NCBI GenBank assembly: GCA_964016885.1
Contig: OZ024741.1
Location: 124,248,001-124,312,000 of the forward strand
DNA length: 64,000 bases
Direction of reading: 5' to 3'
From: Eledone cirrhosa
Lineage: Eukaryota
Made by a program: the position numbers and the translations under genes. Below the pieces are notes generated by a model. That model saw nothing but the letters and a program-made list of their open reading frames with translations. It had not been told where the DNA came from and made no database searches. Below are positions 13,683-28,950 of the stretch, piece by piece. Within the stretch, counting starts at the first letter, position 1. Every line of letters begins with the position of its first letter.

Positions 13683-13753
13683 TGTTTTATCTGATGAAAA
13701 CACAAATATTATTGCATGATGATGTTTGTCTTTGAAATGCGCATAATAAAATA
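13683..13753 (+). ncRNA. Type I hammerhead motif
   Basis: UGUUUUAU-CUGAUGA-AAAcACAAAUAU...AUGUUUGUcUUU-GAAA-UGCGCA-UA-AUAAAAUA: 8-bp stem I, palindromic stem III. Confidence 0.8.
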
Positions 13754-13783
13754 CATGAAACTCCTTTAACCATCTTTTGATCT

Positions 13784-13837
<54 letters not shown>

Positions 13838-14231
13838 TTTTTCATATAAGACTCTCTCCGTAAGTTCATTAAATAAATAAATCTCGCTACCTTAACCTTT
13901 AATTCTCTAAAAACTTATTTTTCAATTTATCATTTTGCAAATTAATATTTTTAATTTAATTTAATTTCATCCTATAACTCGCAACATAATTTTAACGTTC
14001 CAATCTTCGGTTCACACATTAGACCATACAGACACCAAATGTTCATTAGTAGATTCAGTTGGCACCACTTTGAGGGCGACTGGCCGAGCAGCTAGTTGGT
14101 TTTTTACATATTCTTGTGTTATATTCCAATACTTGATGATATCACCGGATTCATATGGAACCCGGTCATTGAAATGATCATAGTATAATAAACCTTTCAA
14201 GGATTTACACCAGTCCAGCCTCCTGTTATTT

Positions 14232-14387
<156 letters not shown>

Positions 14388-14462
14388 TCTTTCATGAATG
14401 AATTTTTATCTGCACCGAAATACATGTTTGTTGCATTAGATAAATATCCATTATGTATATAT

Positions 14463-14544
<82 letters not shown>

Positions 14545-15286
14545 CAAAGTAGTGGATGTGTATTATACAAAAGGTTTCCTCCAGCCTCCAGTGAGTAAAT
14601 ATATTGATACCCTGGAATATAGAGATTAGCATTTTGTCTTAGAGTATTTTTTATTTGAGATATAATGGTTTTCCTTAGAAAATCAATACACTTTTCATTG
14701 CAAAAACGCTGAGAAACTTAAAACTATTCACTAAAATACTTTTGACAGAATAATAAATCATTAAGGAAGCACACCAGGAAATATCTATTGAATTGTAAAC
14801 TTGTTAATTTTCTCAAACTCTTAAATACTCTAATATTTTAAATCATATTTTTATGTCTGGTGTTAAAATGAAAATATCTTACGATAAAATCCTACACGTT
14901 GACAAATATCTTTGGTTAAAATTAGGTTAGCTATTCTATTTCCATATACAACTATGTCCAGGCATAGTTACGTTGCAATCGCAACAATGCGGTTTAGAGT
15001 TCAGTCCACTGTGTGATACTTAGGCCGAATTTATTCTGCTATAAACAAATACTGGGAAATGCAGTGAAGGAAATTTGACTGACGGGATACTTGTGCATCT
15101 CGTCGCATATATACATTTATATATATATAGTAAGTAAGTTAATTTTATAATTTTCTTATTTTACGTCTCTCATATTATTGTTCTGCATCCCCATGCATTG
15201 AACCACAAAGTTACTAAGACAAAACCTATATATTTGCTAGCATAAGTATGCATCTGTGTATATATATGTTACTAGATATACTAATT

Positions 15287-15336
<50 letters not shown>

Positions 15337-15595
15337 GTGTGTATGCATCCATGCATGTATGTATATATGTTCTTCTGGTTTTATAATTTTACAAATTGCT
15401 GCCAATAGAGAGAGTGTCGGTTTCTAACATAGATATAAGACTCTCTCATTGGAATTTACACATCAACTAGGTAGATATGTATGCATGTCTGCATGCATGC
15501 ATGTGTGTGCAGGTATGGATGTTATTGAATGTGTGGATATGGATGTTTTGAGTTGTACGTGTGCTTTATATCTGTTCATGTGAATATGCACTTAT

Positions 15596-16423
15596 TAGAT
15601 GCAGAATTTTTGGAATGATTTACATATTTCTACTGTTCCATTAATGGATTGTACTTGTAATTTCCTAACTAGTCATGTTATTTCTGTTTCTGTGAAGTCC
15701 AGCTTCTCAAAATTTGTACTGAAGCAGTTACTAACATATCCCAGTGCCCCAATATATACAGGCATAAAGCTGAAGGTATAGTCAGGATGGAGTATCTGCA
15801 GATTTCTCATTAGTTCTGCATAAATATTCTCCTTTTCGCTAATATTTGATATTATATTGGCATCTGCTGGGCAGCTAACATCCACTAATGTGCATGCCTT
15901 CTTTTCCCTGTCCCATATCATTATATCTGGTCTGTTATGCCTGCGTTTTAGGGGGGTTACTGGAACATTCCACCAGTACTCCTTCATATTATTCATATGT
16001 ATGTCATCCACATTGCTGTAGCTTTTAATGTGTTTATTATCGGGGCTATCTTTTCTACGGATTGCATTGTACAGTGTTTTGGCCACTACATCATGCCTCA
16101 TAGGTAGATAGTACCGCGATGACATCTTTGGACAGCTGATTATGACATGGGTGATATCTTCGATGTTAATTCTACAGAATCTGCACTTGTCACATCTAGG
16201 AGTTGCGCCTGCATACCTATTTCTTTTGTGAATTAGGTATTCTTGGATTGCAAATGCGTATCCTCGAAAATGAGAGTCAATACAGCAGTTGTAGGTCCAA
16301 GATAGACTACTTTTTTTATCTATATTACCCTCAGTCTGGAACTTCCTAGCAACATATCCATGCATTAATTTTTGTTGAAAAGCATGCAGTTCTTCATCCA
16401 TGGATTCACTGCGGTACTGCTGG
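15596..16423 (-). pseudogene. R4/Dong-like non-LTR retrotransposon 3' part (CCHC knuckle plus restriction-like endonuclease)
   Basis: CRFC...HVIISC, RHDVVAK, RPDIMIWD..LVDVSCP..EKENIY, VYIGALG. After a stop the frame continues LQVQSINGTVEICKSF. Confidence 0.85.
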
Positions 16424-16444
16424 GCATATATATATATATTTATT

Positions 16445-17405
16445 ATTACATGTAGAAGACCCACCACGCCCTCGACGGTTTCGGCTAATTACCTCTTCTA
16501 GCCTTCGTCAGGTAAATTTTTCCAATTTAAGGGAGAAATTTATGAGGAGGAAGGGAGGTTGAGGGGAATCGTGGAAGAGGAGGAAGAGAGAATGAGAAAT
16601 ATACAGAAGGCAAGATAGTAGAGAAAAAGGAAGAGAAGGAAAATGAAAAAATGATAAAGATGACTTTATAAAAAGCAATTCCAAGAGGATGTGTAGGGAT
16701 GGGTCACACTGGCTGGTCACCTGACTATTGTTGGCATGGGTAGAAGGTAAGTCGAGGTAAAAGGAGGAAAGGAGAAAGAGTGAAGGGAAAAGGAGATAGA
16801 GAAAATTAGCTATGTTGGATGGATGTGACCGCAAATAAGAGATGGAGGAGGGTAAGATAATTGGAGGTGGAGAATGCTTGTTCGGTCCTTCTATATGTAT
16901 ATGTATATATATATCCATACACAAGGCAGGTTTAAAGTTTAAAAATTGAAATTTAAAGAAAATAGAATACAAAATATAAAAAATAAATACAATTAAACAT
17001 ATAAAATGATTATTTAAAAATGAAATGAAAAATAGATAAGTACACAGAATTTAAAGTTGAATGAAATAAAAACGTAAAAAGCAACTTAAAATGTAAGTTT
17101 GGACGAAGTACATCGGTGAGAGATAGGTAGAAGCAAGCGAGTATTCACGTATGAAGATAATTAGAGAAAAGTGATAGGAGGTTCAGGATTGGGGACACTC
17201 AGTGCAAGGAGGGTTGGCTAGTGTAGGAATACTCGGGTGGGAGAGTTAGGCAAGTTCTTTTATTTGCTTCCGGGTAAACTCGGGTGCCGGGGCGTCGGTT
17301 GTAAAGGTTGAGGTGGTGCACTCTATTATTATATGTAGGTTTGAAGCAGAGGTACCATTTCTGGCTCTGGTGTTTGCATTTGGAAACTAGTTCGGATTTT
17401 TACAG
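16445..17405 (-). mobile_element. Naiad-type PLE extreme 3' end and pLTR with decayed HHR (16469-16516)
   Basis: Minus strand near 17400 reads KSELVSKCKHQ. CUGACGA-A-GGCUAG..UUAGCC-GAAA-CCG-UC lies near the 3' end. Confidence 0.6.
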
Positions 17406-19178
17406 AATAAGTTGCTGTGATATCTAAAGGAATAACTAGATATTCTTCAAATCAATTCATACGGCAAACTCTTTTGATTTCAAACCACCTAGTGGCTTTT
17501 CAATATAAACTTTTTTTTTAATTTTACTGTTTATGATTCTAAAAAGACTCCTTCATAATTTTATATAAGAAACGTTAAAACGTTAATCTGTGCTCCAAAC
17601 ACAAGCTTCGTTATGAGAAGTTTAGATATATTATTTCCTTTTTTCATCCCATAGAACATTTCAAAACTCCAATAGACCGATGCAATAGAAGTAGATGAAC
17701 TTCCATCAATTTCAACGATTATTGTTCCAGTTGTTCGATTAATGAGGTAATCGTTAAGTGGGCAACCTTTGATTTACAGGTACAATCTATCCCTCTATCC
17801 CGATCAAATCACAATGGTATAGTTTGGTTCCAGGCTATGGTAAATAACATCTCCACAAGATACCAGGCGACTTATTTGTTGCAAAGCAGACTTCTTACCT
17901 ATTCATCCACGCTGCATTCACTGCAATAGAAAGAGGAATAAATAAAAGTAATTATAAAGCGAGTAATCCAGCTCATCGATAATAGGACAATTTCAGTAAT
18001 ACAAGATCCGGCTCAATCAATAGCAAAGTTTCACAATGGACAGTAGTGTAAACAGTAACGGTGGTAGCCTTGTACTCTAACCTTGTAACTGCAAATACTT
18101 TTAAACGGTAGAAGGATAGTTTAATCACGGTGTTTCAGTACACTCAATATGTAAAAATTAATTGTACATACAATTCAAAGTGGCTAGAAGTCAGACGAGC
18201 AAGACAGTTTAATTAACGGTCCTCCAACCCACTCAGCTGGTAAACATTATTTGTTCTTGCAATTATAAAGTAATTATAAAGCGAGTTCAAATCCCGCCGA
18301 GGTTAACTTAGACTTTCATCCTTACTGGTTTGATAAAATAAAGTACCAGTAATGCACTGGTTAATTACTGGCCTTGTGACAAAAGTAGAAACAATTATTT
18401 GTTCTTGCAATTCAAAGTGGCAACCCTAACCGTAACCCTCTATAGTCACTTACTGAACCGGACTAAAATTGTCTGAGAATTGCGTTATGAGTAAATTTAT
18501 CCTTGGAATCCCCGGCTACTGGCACATAAGTTTCACGAGTAGGCTGCTCCTTTGATCGAATAACTGAAGTGCAACACTTTCGATAGAATATATATTTCTC
18601 TTGTTATGATCGCTTAAATCTCTATCTGACGTTACTAGCAGATGTTGCAATATATGTGTACAAATCTTTCTGAACAATATCGTTGGTTTAATGGTTATAT
18701 TAACGGATATTATTTCTTTCTCTGTCAACAAATATATACTTTATTTTAATAGCCGATTTATGTTGTGGTATTTCTGTTTTCAATGAAATACGGTGGAGTC
18801 TGAATAGGTATTGATTTACTACTAAAACTTCGCTTCTTAATCTCTAGTTGTATGGGCCTTTGTGTAACTTATTATGTAGTGAGGGATCAGTACATTGCAC
18901 ACACACACACAAACACACACGCACACATACATGCATACGCACACACATATATATGAATACACACACACATATATATATATAAATACCCACAAATACACAC
19001 ACACATACCCATATATACTATTCTACTATGTCAAGCGTTAAACTAATGTATATGATCGTTATACTGGATTGTTACCTTTTGTTATTTTTCTTCGTTGACT
19101 TTTCGCATATATCTACAGAAAAATGCTCATACACACGTATATATATATATATAAATGCACATACACACGCCTACACAC

Positions 19179-19224
<46 letters not shown>

Positions 19225-19246
19225 GCACATACACACGCCTACACAC

Positions 19247-19318
<72 letters not shown>

Positions 19319-21338
19319 GCACATACACACGCCTACACACGTGTGTATATATATATATATATATATGTAAACATATCTATTTATTTGAGACTAGAAATGA
19401 CTGTATATCTTATATATCTTTAATAATACATCTGTTTATATTAGTATGGCTGGCGAGTTAAAGCTATCGCTTTAGATCATGGGTTCCTTCCTACTTTGTG
19501 GCATCCTGCGCAAGTAACATTTACCGTAACTTTGTGAGGGAAATTTGGTAGGTAGAAACTGTTCGGGAACCCATCGGATAGATTGTACCTCTAACTCAAA
19601 TAACCAGCCTAGTCACACACTTTCACACTGAAACTTTCTGAGAATTACGTTACGGATCTTATCAATGCCCAGCCACTTACACGTTAATTTCACAAGCCGA
19701 CTCTTCCGTTGATCGAACAACTGGAACACTTATCATTGAAACAGATGGAGTGGTATTCCAGCTCCACTGGCTATGACTTTAAAATAATTTTTGAAAATAA
19801 TCAAGGATTTGACAAGCTTTAATTTTATTCATTTCCTCATAATTAATAGCCTAATTTTTCCTTCATCAAATTATAATAGAAGAGCTTTTTAATGAAAATA
19901 AGTACTTTAAACTAAATAATATTGTACCCTATAATAAAGGAGGTTTCTAGAAGCGTGGTATCAAAATGGTTGATGGTTTTTTACTCATCGTGGCAAACGT
20001 TGTCTATCTATCACGTATACAATGATTTAGGCTATATTTTTCTTACCATTTAAATCCACTCAGCAAATTATAGTTTGTTATTTCGTCAATTTCAAATATA
20101 TAAAATTGAACGTAAACCACTATAAAATACAAATACATCATAGATACAATGATCCAATGACAAATGGATATTTAGATTATTGAGTATCGATCTAACCCGT
20201 TATTATCCCCTCCTCCAATTGTTTTCTTTAATTATAGTCGTGTTTCCATATTTGTGAAGACATTCTGCTATATTAAGCATTAATGCCGACAGCAACGAGT
20301 CAGCAACTAATGCTCTCATTTTCTGACTGACTAGCAGTTAATGCCATACGTGCGATACCGGCACCGACCTGAAAGTTCAGTAGTCGGATCGATTTTAGCA
20401 AAACCCTTATATGACTGCAGGACGATGATAATTCCGTTGTTCAGAATTAGCTGGTTGTAGATTTATTATTAATCGATGACCAGCAGATTCTCCACGGAAT
20501 GTGAAAGAGTACTGTACTAGCTTGTAATCCGACTGTTTTCAGAGATTAGCCTTCTGGATGAGAATGTTGTATTAACATTAATCCTATATGTGTGTTCCTT
20601 TATTTATATACCATATATGCTATACTAGAATATTTCAAGTATCTGAATACATGTAAACGACATAAAGAATTGATCATCAGACCCTCCCAGGTATCTATAT
20701 CGCCATTGCTTTAGCCAATACTAATTGTGGTTATTTGCTCGTTGCAACTTCTGCAAAAAGGAGATGGAATTTGAATTCAGAACGCATAGAACCGGATCAG
20801 AAAACATAAATCATTCCACTGCTCCTCGACCGCTAATTATTTACCCGACCCTGAAAGGATGAAAGGCATACTTGAACTCAATGGAATTTGAAAGAAATTC
20901 AAATTCGACTGTTGGTCGAGCAATTTGCCGCCAATAAACATAGCACGGTTGTTATATTTTGAATCTAGATTTAAGCTCAAATCGTTTTCATTTAAGCACG
21001 ATATTCTGACGGCAGTCTGTTAATTATAAATGTATTTTATTTTATTTATTATTTTTTTTTTTTTACTATGACATCAATTAAAATATCTTTCAGATTATAT
21101 GTACACAATTAATTTGTAATATGCTTTTAATATATTGTGCTGTGAGCTAAAACCATGCTGAGTCAATATCTTTCCTTTCATATTCGAGTAGGGGGTATGA
21201 TATATTTATCATAACCCTTTTATCATAACCAGAGCTTGGATCAATTTTTCGACTCTCTCACCCTCTCTATCTCTCTCTCTCTTTCTCACACACACGCACA
21301 CATATTTTCTCTCTCTCTCTCTCTCTTTTTCTCTCTCG

Positions 21339-21376
<38 letters not shown>

Positions 21377-21579
21377 GACATACAACACACAGACACACAC
21401 ACAATACACACACACAGATATATGTTTGAAACACGAACATGGAGGAAAAACAATTACTTAGTTGGAAAACGCATCAAATCCTTTAAGTTGTTTATTCACT
21501 TATTCTGTAACTGGTTACAATCTCTTGGTGGAGCATAACGTGCCAGAGTACTTCCTGCTTAGGCTTGTAGAGTGGATAA

Positions 21580-21702
21580 TAGGAAAAGAGTCAGGACCCC
21601 GACGGCTGAACTACGGCCGTTTCGACAGCTAGATCCGAATAGTTCGGATCTAGATTTTCAAACGGCCGGAACACAGCCGTCGGGGTCCTGACTCTTTTCC
21701 TA
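21580..21702. repeat. Palindrome made of two HHR 3' halves centred on stem II
   Basis: Arms TAGGAAAAGAGTCAGGACCCCGACGGCTG / CAGCCGTCGGGGTCCTGACTCTTTTCCTA. Same family at 35560-35687, 42308-42431 and 43000-43072. Confidence 0.75.
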
Positions 21703-21703
21703 C

Positions 21704-21757
<54 letters not shown>

Positions 21758-21827
21758 AGAAATACATATATGTAGGTTTTGCACTTTCCTGTTGACAAGT
21801 CTTTTTAGGCCTCATATCATGTTACCT

Positions 21828-21897
21828 TATTTTATCTGATGAGAACACAATTTTTGTCGCAGGATGATGTTGTTTTCGAAATGCACATAATACAATA
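21828..21897 (+). ncRNA. Type I hammerhead motif (family of 13683)
   Basis: UAUUUUAU-CUGAUGA-GAAcACAAU...GUUGUuUUC-GAAA-UGCACA-UA-AUACAAUA. Confidence 0.7.
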
Positions 21898-22023
21898 TAT
21901 GGAACTTCTTTAACCATCTTTTAATTTCTTCTGTAATATATACTCCAGTTCTACCGACTGTTGAGTCCTACTTATCTGATATATGCATAGTTTTATTGTT
22001 CTACAATATTACTCATCTTCTAC

Positions 22024-22070
<47 letters not shown>

Positions 22071-22637
22071 ATAGAAAATAAATAAATGGAAGCCAGGACT
22101 ATACATTATCAGTGGTCTACTAGCCATCATAGGTATTTCTTCGCATTACACACCATATACCTCAGGCTAGGGCGATACAATAACTAAAATAAGTTATTGG
22201 GATAAAAAGAGTTTGGTGGAGAAAGAGAGACAGGTAAACAAACACGAATGGTGAGGCAACGTAAAGAGAGGAAAAAATGAGTAAATCAAGTCAATAATTC
22301 ATTTTGAACATAAGAACGTGCGAATATTGACGAGAAGACGAAAGACACACCTTGGCCGTGTGATTGTGAGCGAGTAAAGAATTTCGTACAGTGTGGGACG
22401 ATGGAGGGAGTCAGAGAGAGAGGGTGAGTAGCAGAGAGTGAGTGAGTGAAAGTGTGAGGAAGAGGCTAGCCGAGAAAGGGCGACTAACAGAGGGGGTGGG
22501 TGAAAGAGGAAGAAGGAGAGAGAAGAGGGAGAGAGAAAGAGGATAGCAGTAAGGGAAGAGAAAAAGACAGGTCACAGAAGAAAATGAGGGTTGTTTTTTA
22601 ATGAAAAAGTAAACGAGATGTCCTACACGAGTGAAAG

Positions 22638-23565
22638 TATAAGGAAAAGAAATCGAAAATGCAACTGGAGTCATTTTAAGAATATTCATGTGTTTCCTTT
22701 ACCGGTTTCACAGTTCTTATGATTTTCAAAAGTAGAATTGAGATGAAGGGTTTGTGGTTTTCCTCGCATCTGGTTGTTGTTCGAACGTTACTTCTGTTTT
22801 ATGTGTAAAAAAAGTGTCTCGAATTGCTAGGCTTTTTAAAAAAGTAATTTGGTTGGTTGAAGACTGTCACGTGTATAAGTACATCAACTTTCGCGCCAGT
22901 TCGTGGATTGAGAGTTCTTTATAGTCATTTTCATTTTAAAAAGTGACTCAAATTGTTTTGTTTTTTTTTATATTTTTGGTTGATGTGCTGAGGTGTCAAA
23001 ATTCAGACTTTCTATAGAAATAAATATAATATTTGTATCGATAGTGTATCAGCCATACTCTCTAAACCAGAACGATTTCTCCCAATCCCTTTTTCTGACC
23101 ATTATCTTTTGTTTCGCTCAAAACTCTCTATGACAAATCATGTGGCTGTGAAAACGTCTACAAAGAACCCTCAAATACGAACTGGCGCGAAATTTAATGT
23201 ACTTATTCACGTGACAGTCATAACCAATCAAATTACATTCATAAAAAAATAATTTGAGGCACTTTTTTTTAAGGCAAATACAATAAAAACTTTGTAACAC
23301 GAACTGGTGTGAAATTTATTATACTTGTTCATGTGACAGTCATCAACCAACCAACTTACTTTTTTTTTTAAATCTAGCAATTCGAGCCACTTTTTTTCCA
23401 CATAAAACAGAAGTAACATTCAAACACCAACCAGATGCGAGAAAAACCACAAAGCCTCCATCTCAATTCTACTTTTGAAAATCATAAGAATGGTGAAACC
23501 GGTAAAGGAAACAAATAAATATTCTTATAAAAACTCCAGTTGCACTTTCGATTTCTTTCCTTATA
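22638..23565. repeat. Diverged inverted pair of HHR-bearing repeats (U3-A8 family)
   Basis: 22638-22960 is the reverse complement homolog of 23155-23565. UUGAAAA...GAAA-CCGG-UA-AAGG motifs at 22696-22733(-) and 23472-23507(+). Confidence 0.75.
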
Positions 23566-23606
23566 TATATATATATATATACATGTGTGTGTGTTTGTGT
23601 GTGTGT

Positions 23607-23717
<111 letters not shown>

Positions 23718-24610
23718 TGTGTATATGTATATATATACAATAGAGAGAGTGAGTTACTTGGTAGACTTACACACAATTAACTTCTTGCAAATTTGCCTTA
23801 CAAGACATTAGTCATTCCAAGGCCATAGTAGAATATATTTGCTCAATATTCTACACAGTAGAAATAGCTAAAACCGAAAGTACGTGTTGGCGAGGCTAAC
23901 ACTTTAACCACGTAGCTATTCCTGCGCGTATTCTGAAACTTAAATTCTTATTCGTAGAAAATTCATTTATTTCACTAATGAGAAAAGGCTCGACGGTCAT
24001 AACTTTCACACACCTATAGGCCTCAAATCAATAGGACATTTCTGATCAGGAACATTAAGTTATCGATTTATCTGCCGCATTAGCTCGCGTCATTATTGCA
24101 CCATGCGAAAATTGTCACGCGTAAATCTCGAAGTAAACAATTTCTTTCCTTTTAATATCTTAACATTGCCGATTCACAGACGCACTCACTAGAACTGAAA
24201 TGGTCTATAACTGAAAATGTGTGTTGGTATTGTGTGAATGTGTAGCGATACTAATAACATCACATGGTGACTTTGAAATCAATTGCCTTAATATATTAAG
24301 AGAATAGATTGTTTGATAATACAGTGATTTTGCCTTGTGGACTTACACACCAGTCGAATGGACATCTAGCTATACTGTTAATATATAATTTAGTTGTGAT
24401 TTCTAGCTCACACATGACATCTAATCACAACTATTATAATGAAAACCGCCATCTGTTACGCTCTATTCTCTTGTTAATCAGTACAGCTACGTGCCTTTTT
24501 CACAAACAAAACAACCGACTTAATACACGCAGCAAATAGCAATGTATTGATGTTATATTCTGTATTTCTTATTTAAACATTTACAACTGACAAATAATTT
24601 AGAAATACGT

Positions 24611-24707
<97 letters not shown>

Positions 24708-24752
24708 CATATGCACATGCATATCATATCATATACATATAAACACACACAC

Positions 24753-24808
<56 letters not shown>

Positions 24809-25849
24809 ATTTTATATATATATATATATACAGAATACATTTTGCTCTGACTGGGACTCCGAGATTCGTTTACAGCGCCTAATTGATCCGGTAAAAGGGA
24901 ATTCAACAGATGTCAGGAGCTTTATAAGTGAACGCTATCTTCTTAAGATGGCAATATTTTCTAGAGGTAGTTGTAGTGGGCAGAGCTGATATACATTACA
25001 GCATTTTATTTTATAAGTTTCTAAGTATTTGGAATTCCGCTGGTTTCGACGATGATCGTTTAATGTTTTGAACCACGAGAAATTTGCACGGGAAATCAAT
25101 GAAGAATTGATTGTTCATTTCACAGATCCGTGCATACTTAACACCCTCTCAGGGAGATTCGGCGTAACAAGGTTGATATTTTGAATCATATATACAAATG
25201 GACAGCAACGTGAATGATGGTTTTGTACAAGCACACAATGCACCGTCAGGAATCAAACCAATACGACATGCATATTTTACAAATGGCGAAATAGAACATG
25301 AATAATAGTTAAATATCAAGATTTAGAAATAGTTGTTTCTACTTTTGGCACAAGGCCAGCAATTACCCTAATACATTACTTATACTTTATTTTATCGATC
25401 CCGTAAGGATGAAAGGCAAAGTGAACCTGGGCGGGATTTGATATCAGACTACAAAGAGGCGTAACTCTATGCTGCAAAGCATGGCGTCAGACCTGTTACC
25501 AATACTGCCAATACCCCATTAGTGAGCGGTGGGAAGGTATATAAATAGGAAATGCAATAAAGGGAGATCTGTGAGAAAAGAGAGTAGAAAACTATGTAAA
25601 GGAACAAGAAAACTAATGAGTTTGAATGTAGGGAAGGTCGGGGGCAAAAATGGAATAGGATATCTAAAAATATATTCATTTGCCGTTCTTGCGAGTTGTT
25701 TCGCCTCCGAAACAAACAATATCAATACTAAGAATTACATAGATATATTTTTTTATTATTGTTTCTGATCACTTCGATTATGTGCTAGATATTCGTTTTA
25801 AGACAGGGGCTGTGCTGTCAACTGATCACTATCAAGTTATCTGCAGCAT

Positions 25850-26905
25850 GAGACTGCCTAAAACCAATGAAGGCCACAGAACTGGCAGGTCCAGGGCGAC
25901 TTACAGGATAAGTGGGAAGCGTTAGAGAATAATGATGTCAGGACCAGGTATGCAAATACTACAGTATCTTCTGGTGTGGGAGCGGTGAATAATCTCTCGG
26001 AGGCTGAAATCACAAGAGCAGCTGAAGAGCTCAAATGTCTCAAGGCTGGTGGGAGTAGATGAAATCCACCCAGAGATTTTAAAAGCCATAAAGAAAGAAA
26101 ATATTCTCTGGTCAACTAGTGTATGCCGAGTGGCCTGGATTTCTGGAAAGGCACCTAAGCAAGGAAGACAAGAGAGAGTGTTCCTATTAGAAGGGTAACC
26201 CCTTGCTAAGCCTGTTCGGTAAAGTATTTGCTAAGTGTCTGGCAAAGAGATGCAGCGAGGTTATCGAGTTCAAGCCAGCTGATGAACAGTGCGGTTTTTG
26301 CCCAGAACACAGGACAGCTGGCCAAATATTCACATTGGGACAGGTTTTCGAGAAATCGTGGAAGTATTACCAAGAGGTATATCTTTGATTTGTAAACCTA
26401 GAAAATGCATATGGCCGCGTTCCTCGCAACCTGATGTAGGAAGCTTATGCGAGCGTATGGGATCGATGGTCAGCTTCATGCTCTTCGTATGTCTCTATAC
26501 GAATGCCCGAATATCTGTATCCGGATAAATTGTGCTAAATCGAATCCCTTCACTATATGATTCGGACTCCGCCAAGAGTGCGTACTGGCACCTTTCCTGT
26601 TCATTATTTTCATGAACAGGTATAAAATCATGCTGCTACTCAACTCGACGGATGGAGAAGTAGGGGCAAACCTGAGCAATATGGTTTGATAACATCCATG
26701 ATATGGGCTGGTCTTCCTTATGGATCCAGCAGGATCAGTTGGAGACGGTTGCTTCTGACCGGACCCGCTGCAACGAGTGTTTGAGGTCTCTTCCCCCACA
26801 ACCCTATCAGGATGAAGGAGAAGAAGAAGAAGAAGAAGAAGAAGAAGAAGAAGAAGAAGAAGAAGAAGAAGAAGAAGAAGAAGAAGAAGAAGAAGAAGAA
26901 GAAGA
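25850..26905 (+). pseudogene. RTE-clade (Rex3/Expander-like) LINE, internally deleted, with (GAA)n tail
   Basis: LLSLFGKVFAKCL..EQCGFCP..QIFTLGQVFEKSWKY; GLRQECVLAPFLFIIFMNR; C-terminal WFDNIHDMGWSSLWI..VASDR..LPPQP; then (GAA)n. Confidence 0.85.
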
Positions 26906-27729
26906 CTATATATAATAGGCAAATAAACAGAATAAAAACAGGCAAGAGGAAGCAAGACGTGTATAAGAGGAAGAGAGAGAAAGAGAGAGAGAGAGAGAGT
27001 GGAGCAAAAGGGCAGGGAGAGCGAAGATAATGGATTGACTTATAGGAAAGGTCAGTGGTTAGTTATTTATAAAGAAATGGTAAAGTTCAGGATAAACTTT
27101 GAATGACTTTTGTACGAGATCAGATAGAGGTCATGGATTACTATTTTTTAAAATAAGATATGCTTATTTAGAAAAACTTAAACCTATCCATATAATCCAT
27201 ATACATGTGGGGTGGGGGTATTAAACGAACGCTATCTACAATCTGAAGGAAACGCAATTCGTAAAACTACACTCAAATATACTCAAGCGATACCTACCCC
27301 ATATATTTTCAGGCGGTTGAATATTATGTTTTGGATTTATTAATGTGAGCATTCGTCCAGATGAATGGAACTATGCAAAGGATTCGTTAGGATCTACTGG
27401 CGACTTCTTCAAAAACATTGGAATTGAAATCAAATTTAAAAAAATGCTGACATTTAATTTGTTCATCCCGAGATGGAAAGCGAAACCAGCAAATGCATTA
27501 TGAGCATGTATATGACAATTGAATCAGCAGATCTCGCTGCAATATTAAGTAAATAAAATCGTCTAATAATAGCGGGTATATTAGATCATTGAACGGAAAA
27601 AGATGGGCATCGGACATCCATGTTTTTCCTAGTTTATTATCAGACTAATGTATTTAGTCAAAGTAACGGTGAGATATACTAATTCAGTTTCCATCCAATT
27701 CCGCATGCTGTTTTCTAAACATATGTGCT

Positions 27730-27785
<56 letters not shown>

Positions 27786-27990
27786 GGGCTCGTAGCTGAA
27801 TGGTTAGAGAATTGGATTTGTAATCGTGAGGTTGTAATTTCGATTCCTAGACCGGGCAGTGCGTTATGTCCTTGAGCAAGACACTTTCTTTCACGTTGCT
27901 CCTTCTGCCTGGAGTTGCGACCAACATATAGTATTAGCAATTGGAAAGGCCGATTTAACGAGCTCTACCACACTCGTTAAGCGAATGATC
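27786..27990 (+). mobile_element. tRNA-derived SINE (CORE/V-like body)
   Basis: A-box-like GTAGCTGAATGGTTAGAG, B-box-like TTCGATTCC, then TGTCCTTGAGCAAGACACTTT. Confidence 0.65.
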
Positions 27991-28037
27991 TTGGAATCTT
28001 GTCGATCGACTATATATATATATATATATATATATAC

Positions 28038-28885
28038 GGACAAAATGAAACGAAATTTCATTTCTCACTCTTAGTATGGCTGTTACTTAAATATAAGTAT
28101 GTATACGTACATACATATATGTATACAGACGTACAGTAGTATGTATATATATATATATACATACATGCACACATATATATATGTACGTATGGATTTACCG
28201 AACATTTATTATAATGCTCGGTGTGTTTGTAAACAAACATGCCGAATTAAGCCGTACAGTGTTTAGCAACCAACGTTGCCCTTTTGTTCAACACTGACAA
28301 AGGAACGATGTAGTATTTTCAAGGTTATTAGCTATCGTCAGCACCGTATACCTTCTTGCCAGATAATTGAACGTCTGAAAGTATATACTTTCCTTATGCA
28401 TATTAACGGCTGAGCAGCCTAATTTGCATATCGAGTGAGTTAATCGCCAATTTATATAATATATATATATATATACATACATACATATATATACGTACGT
28501 ATGGATTTACCGAACATTTATTATAATGATCGGTGTGTTTGTAAACAAACATCCCGAATTAATTCGTACAGTGTTTAGCAACCATCGTTGCCCTTTTGTT
28601 CAACGCTGACAAAGGAACGATGTACTAGTTTCAAGGTTATCAGCTATCGTCAGCACCGTATACCTTCTTGCCAGATAATTGAACGTCTGAAAGTATATAC
28701 TTTCCTTATGCATATTAACGGCTGAGCAGCCTAATTTGCATATCGAGTGAGTTAATCGGCCGGGCGCACCGAAAATGTTAAACGGAAAAAATGAAACGAA
28801 ATTTCATTTCTCACTCTTAGTACAGCTGTTTCTTAAATATAAGTATGTATAAGTACATACATATATGTATACAGACGTACAGTAG

Positions 28886-28950
<65 letters not shown>

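Noticed and set aside
27786-27860. tRNA gene
   Set aside because: No complete cloverleaf; runs into a SINE body.
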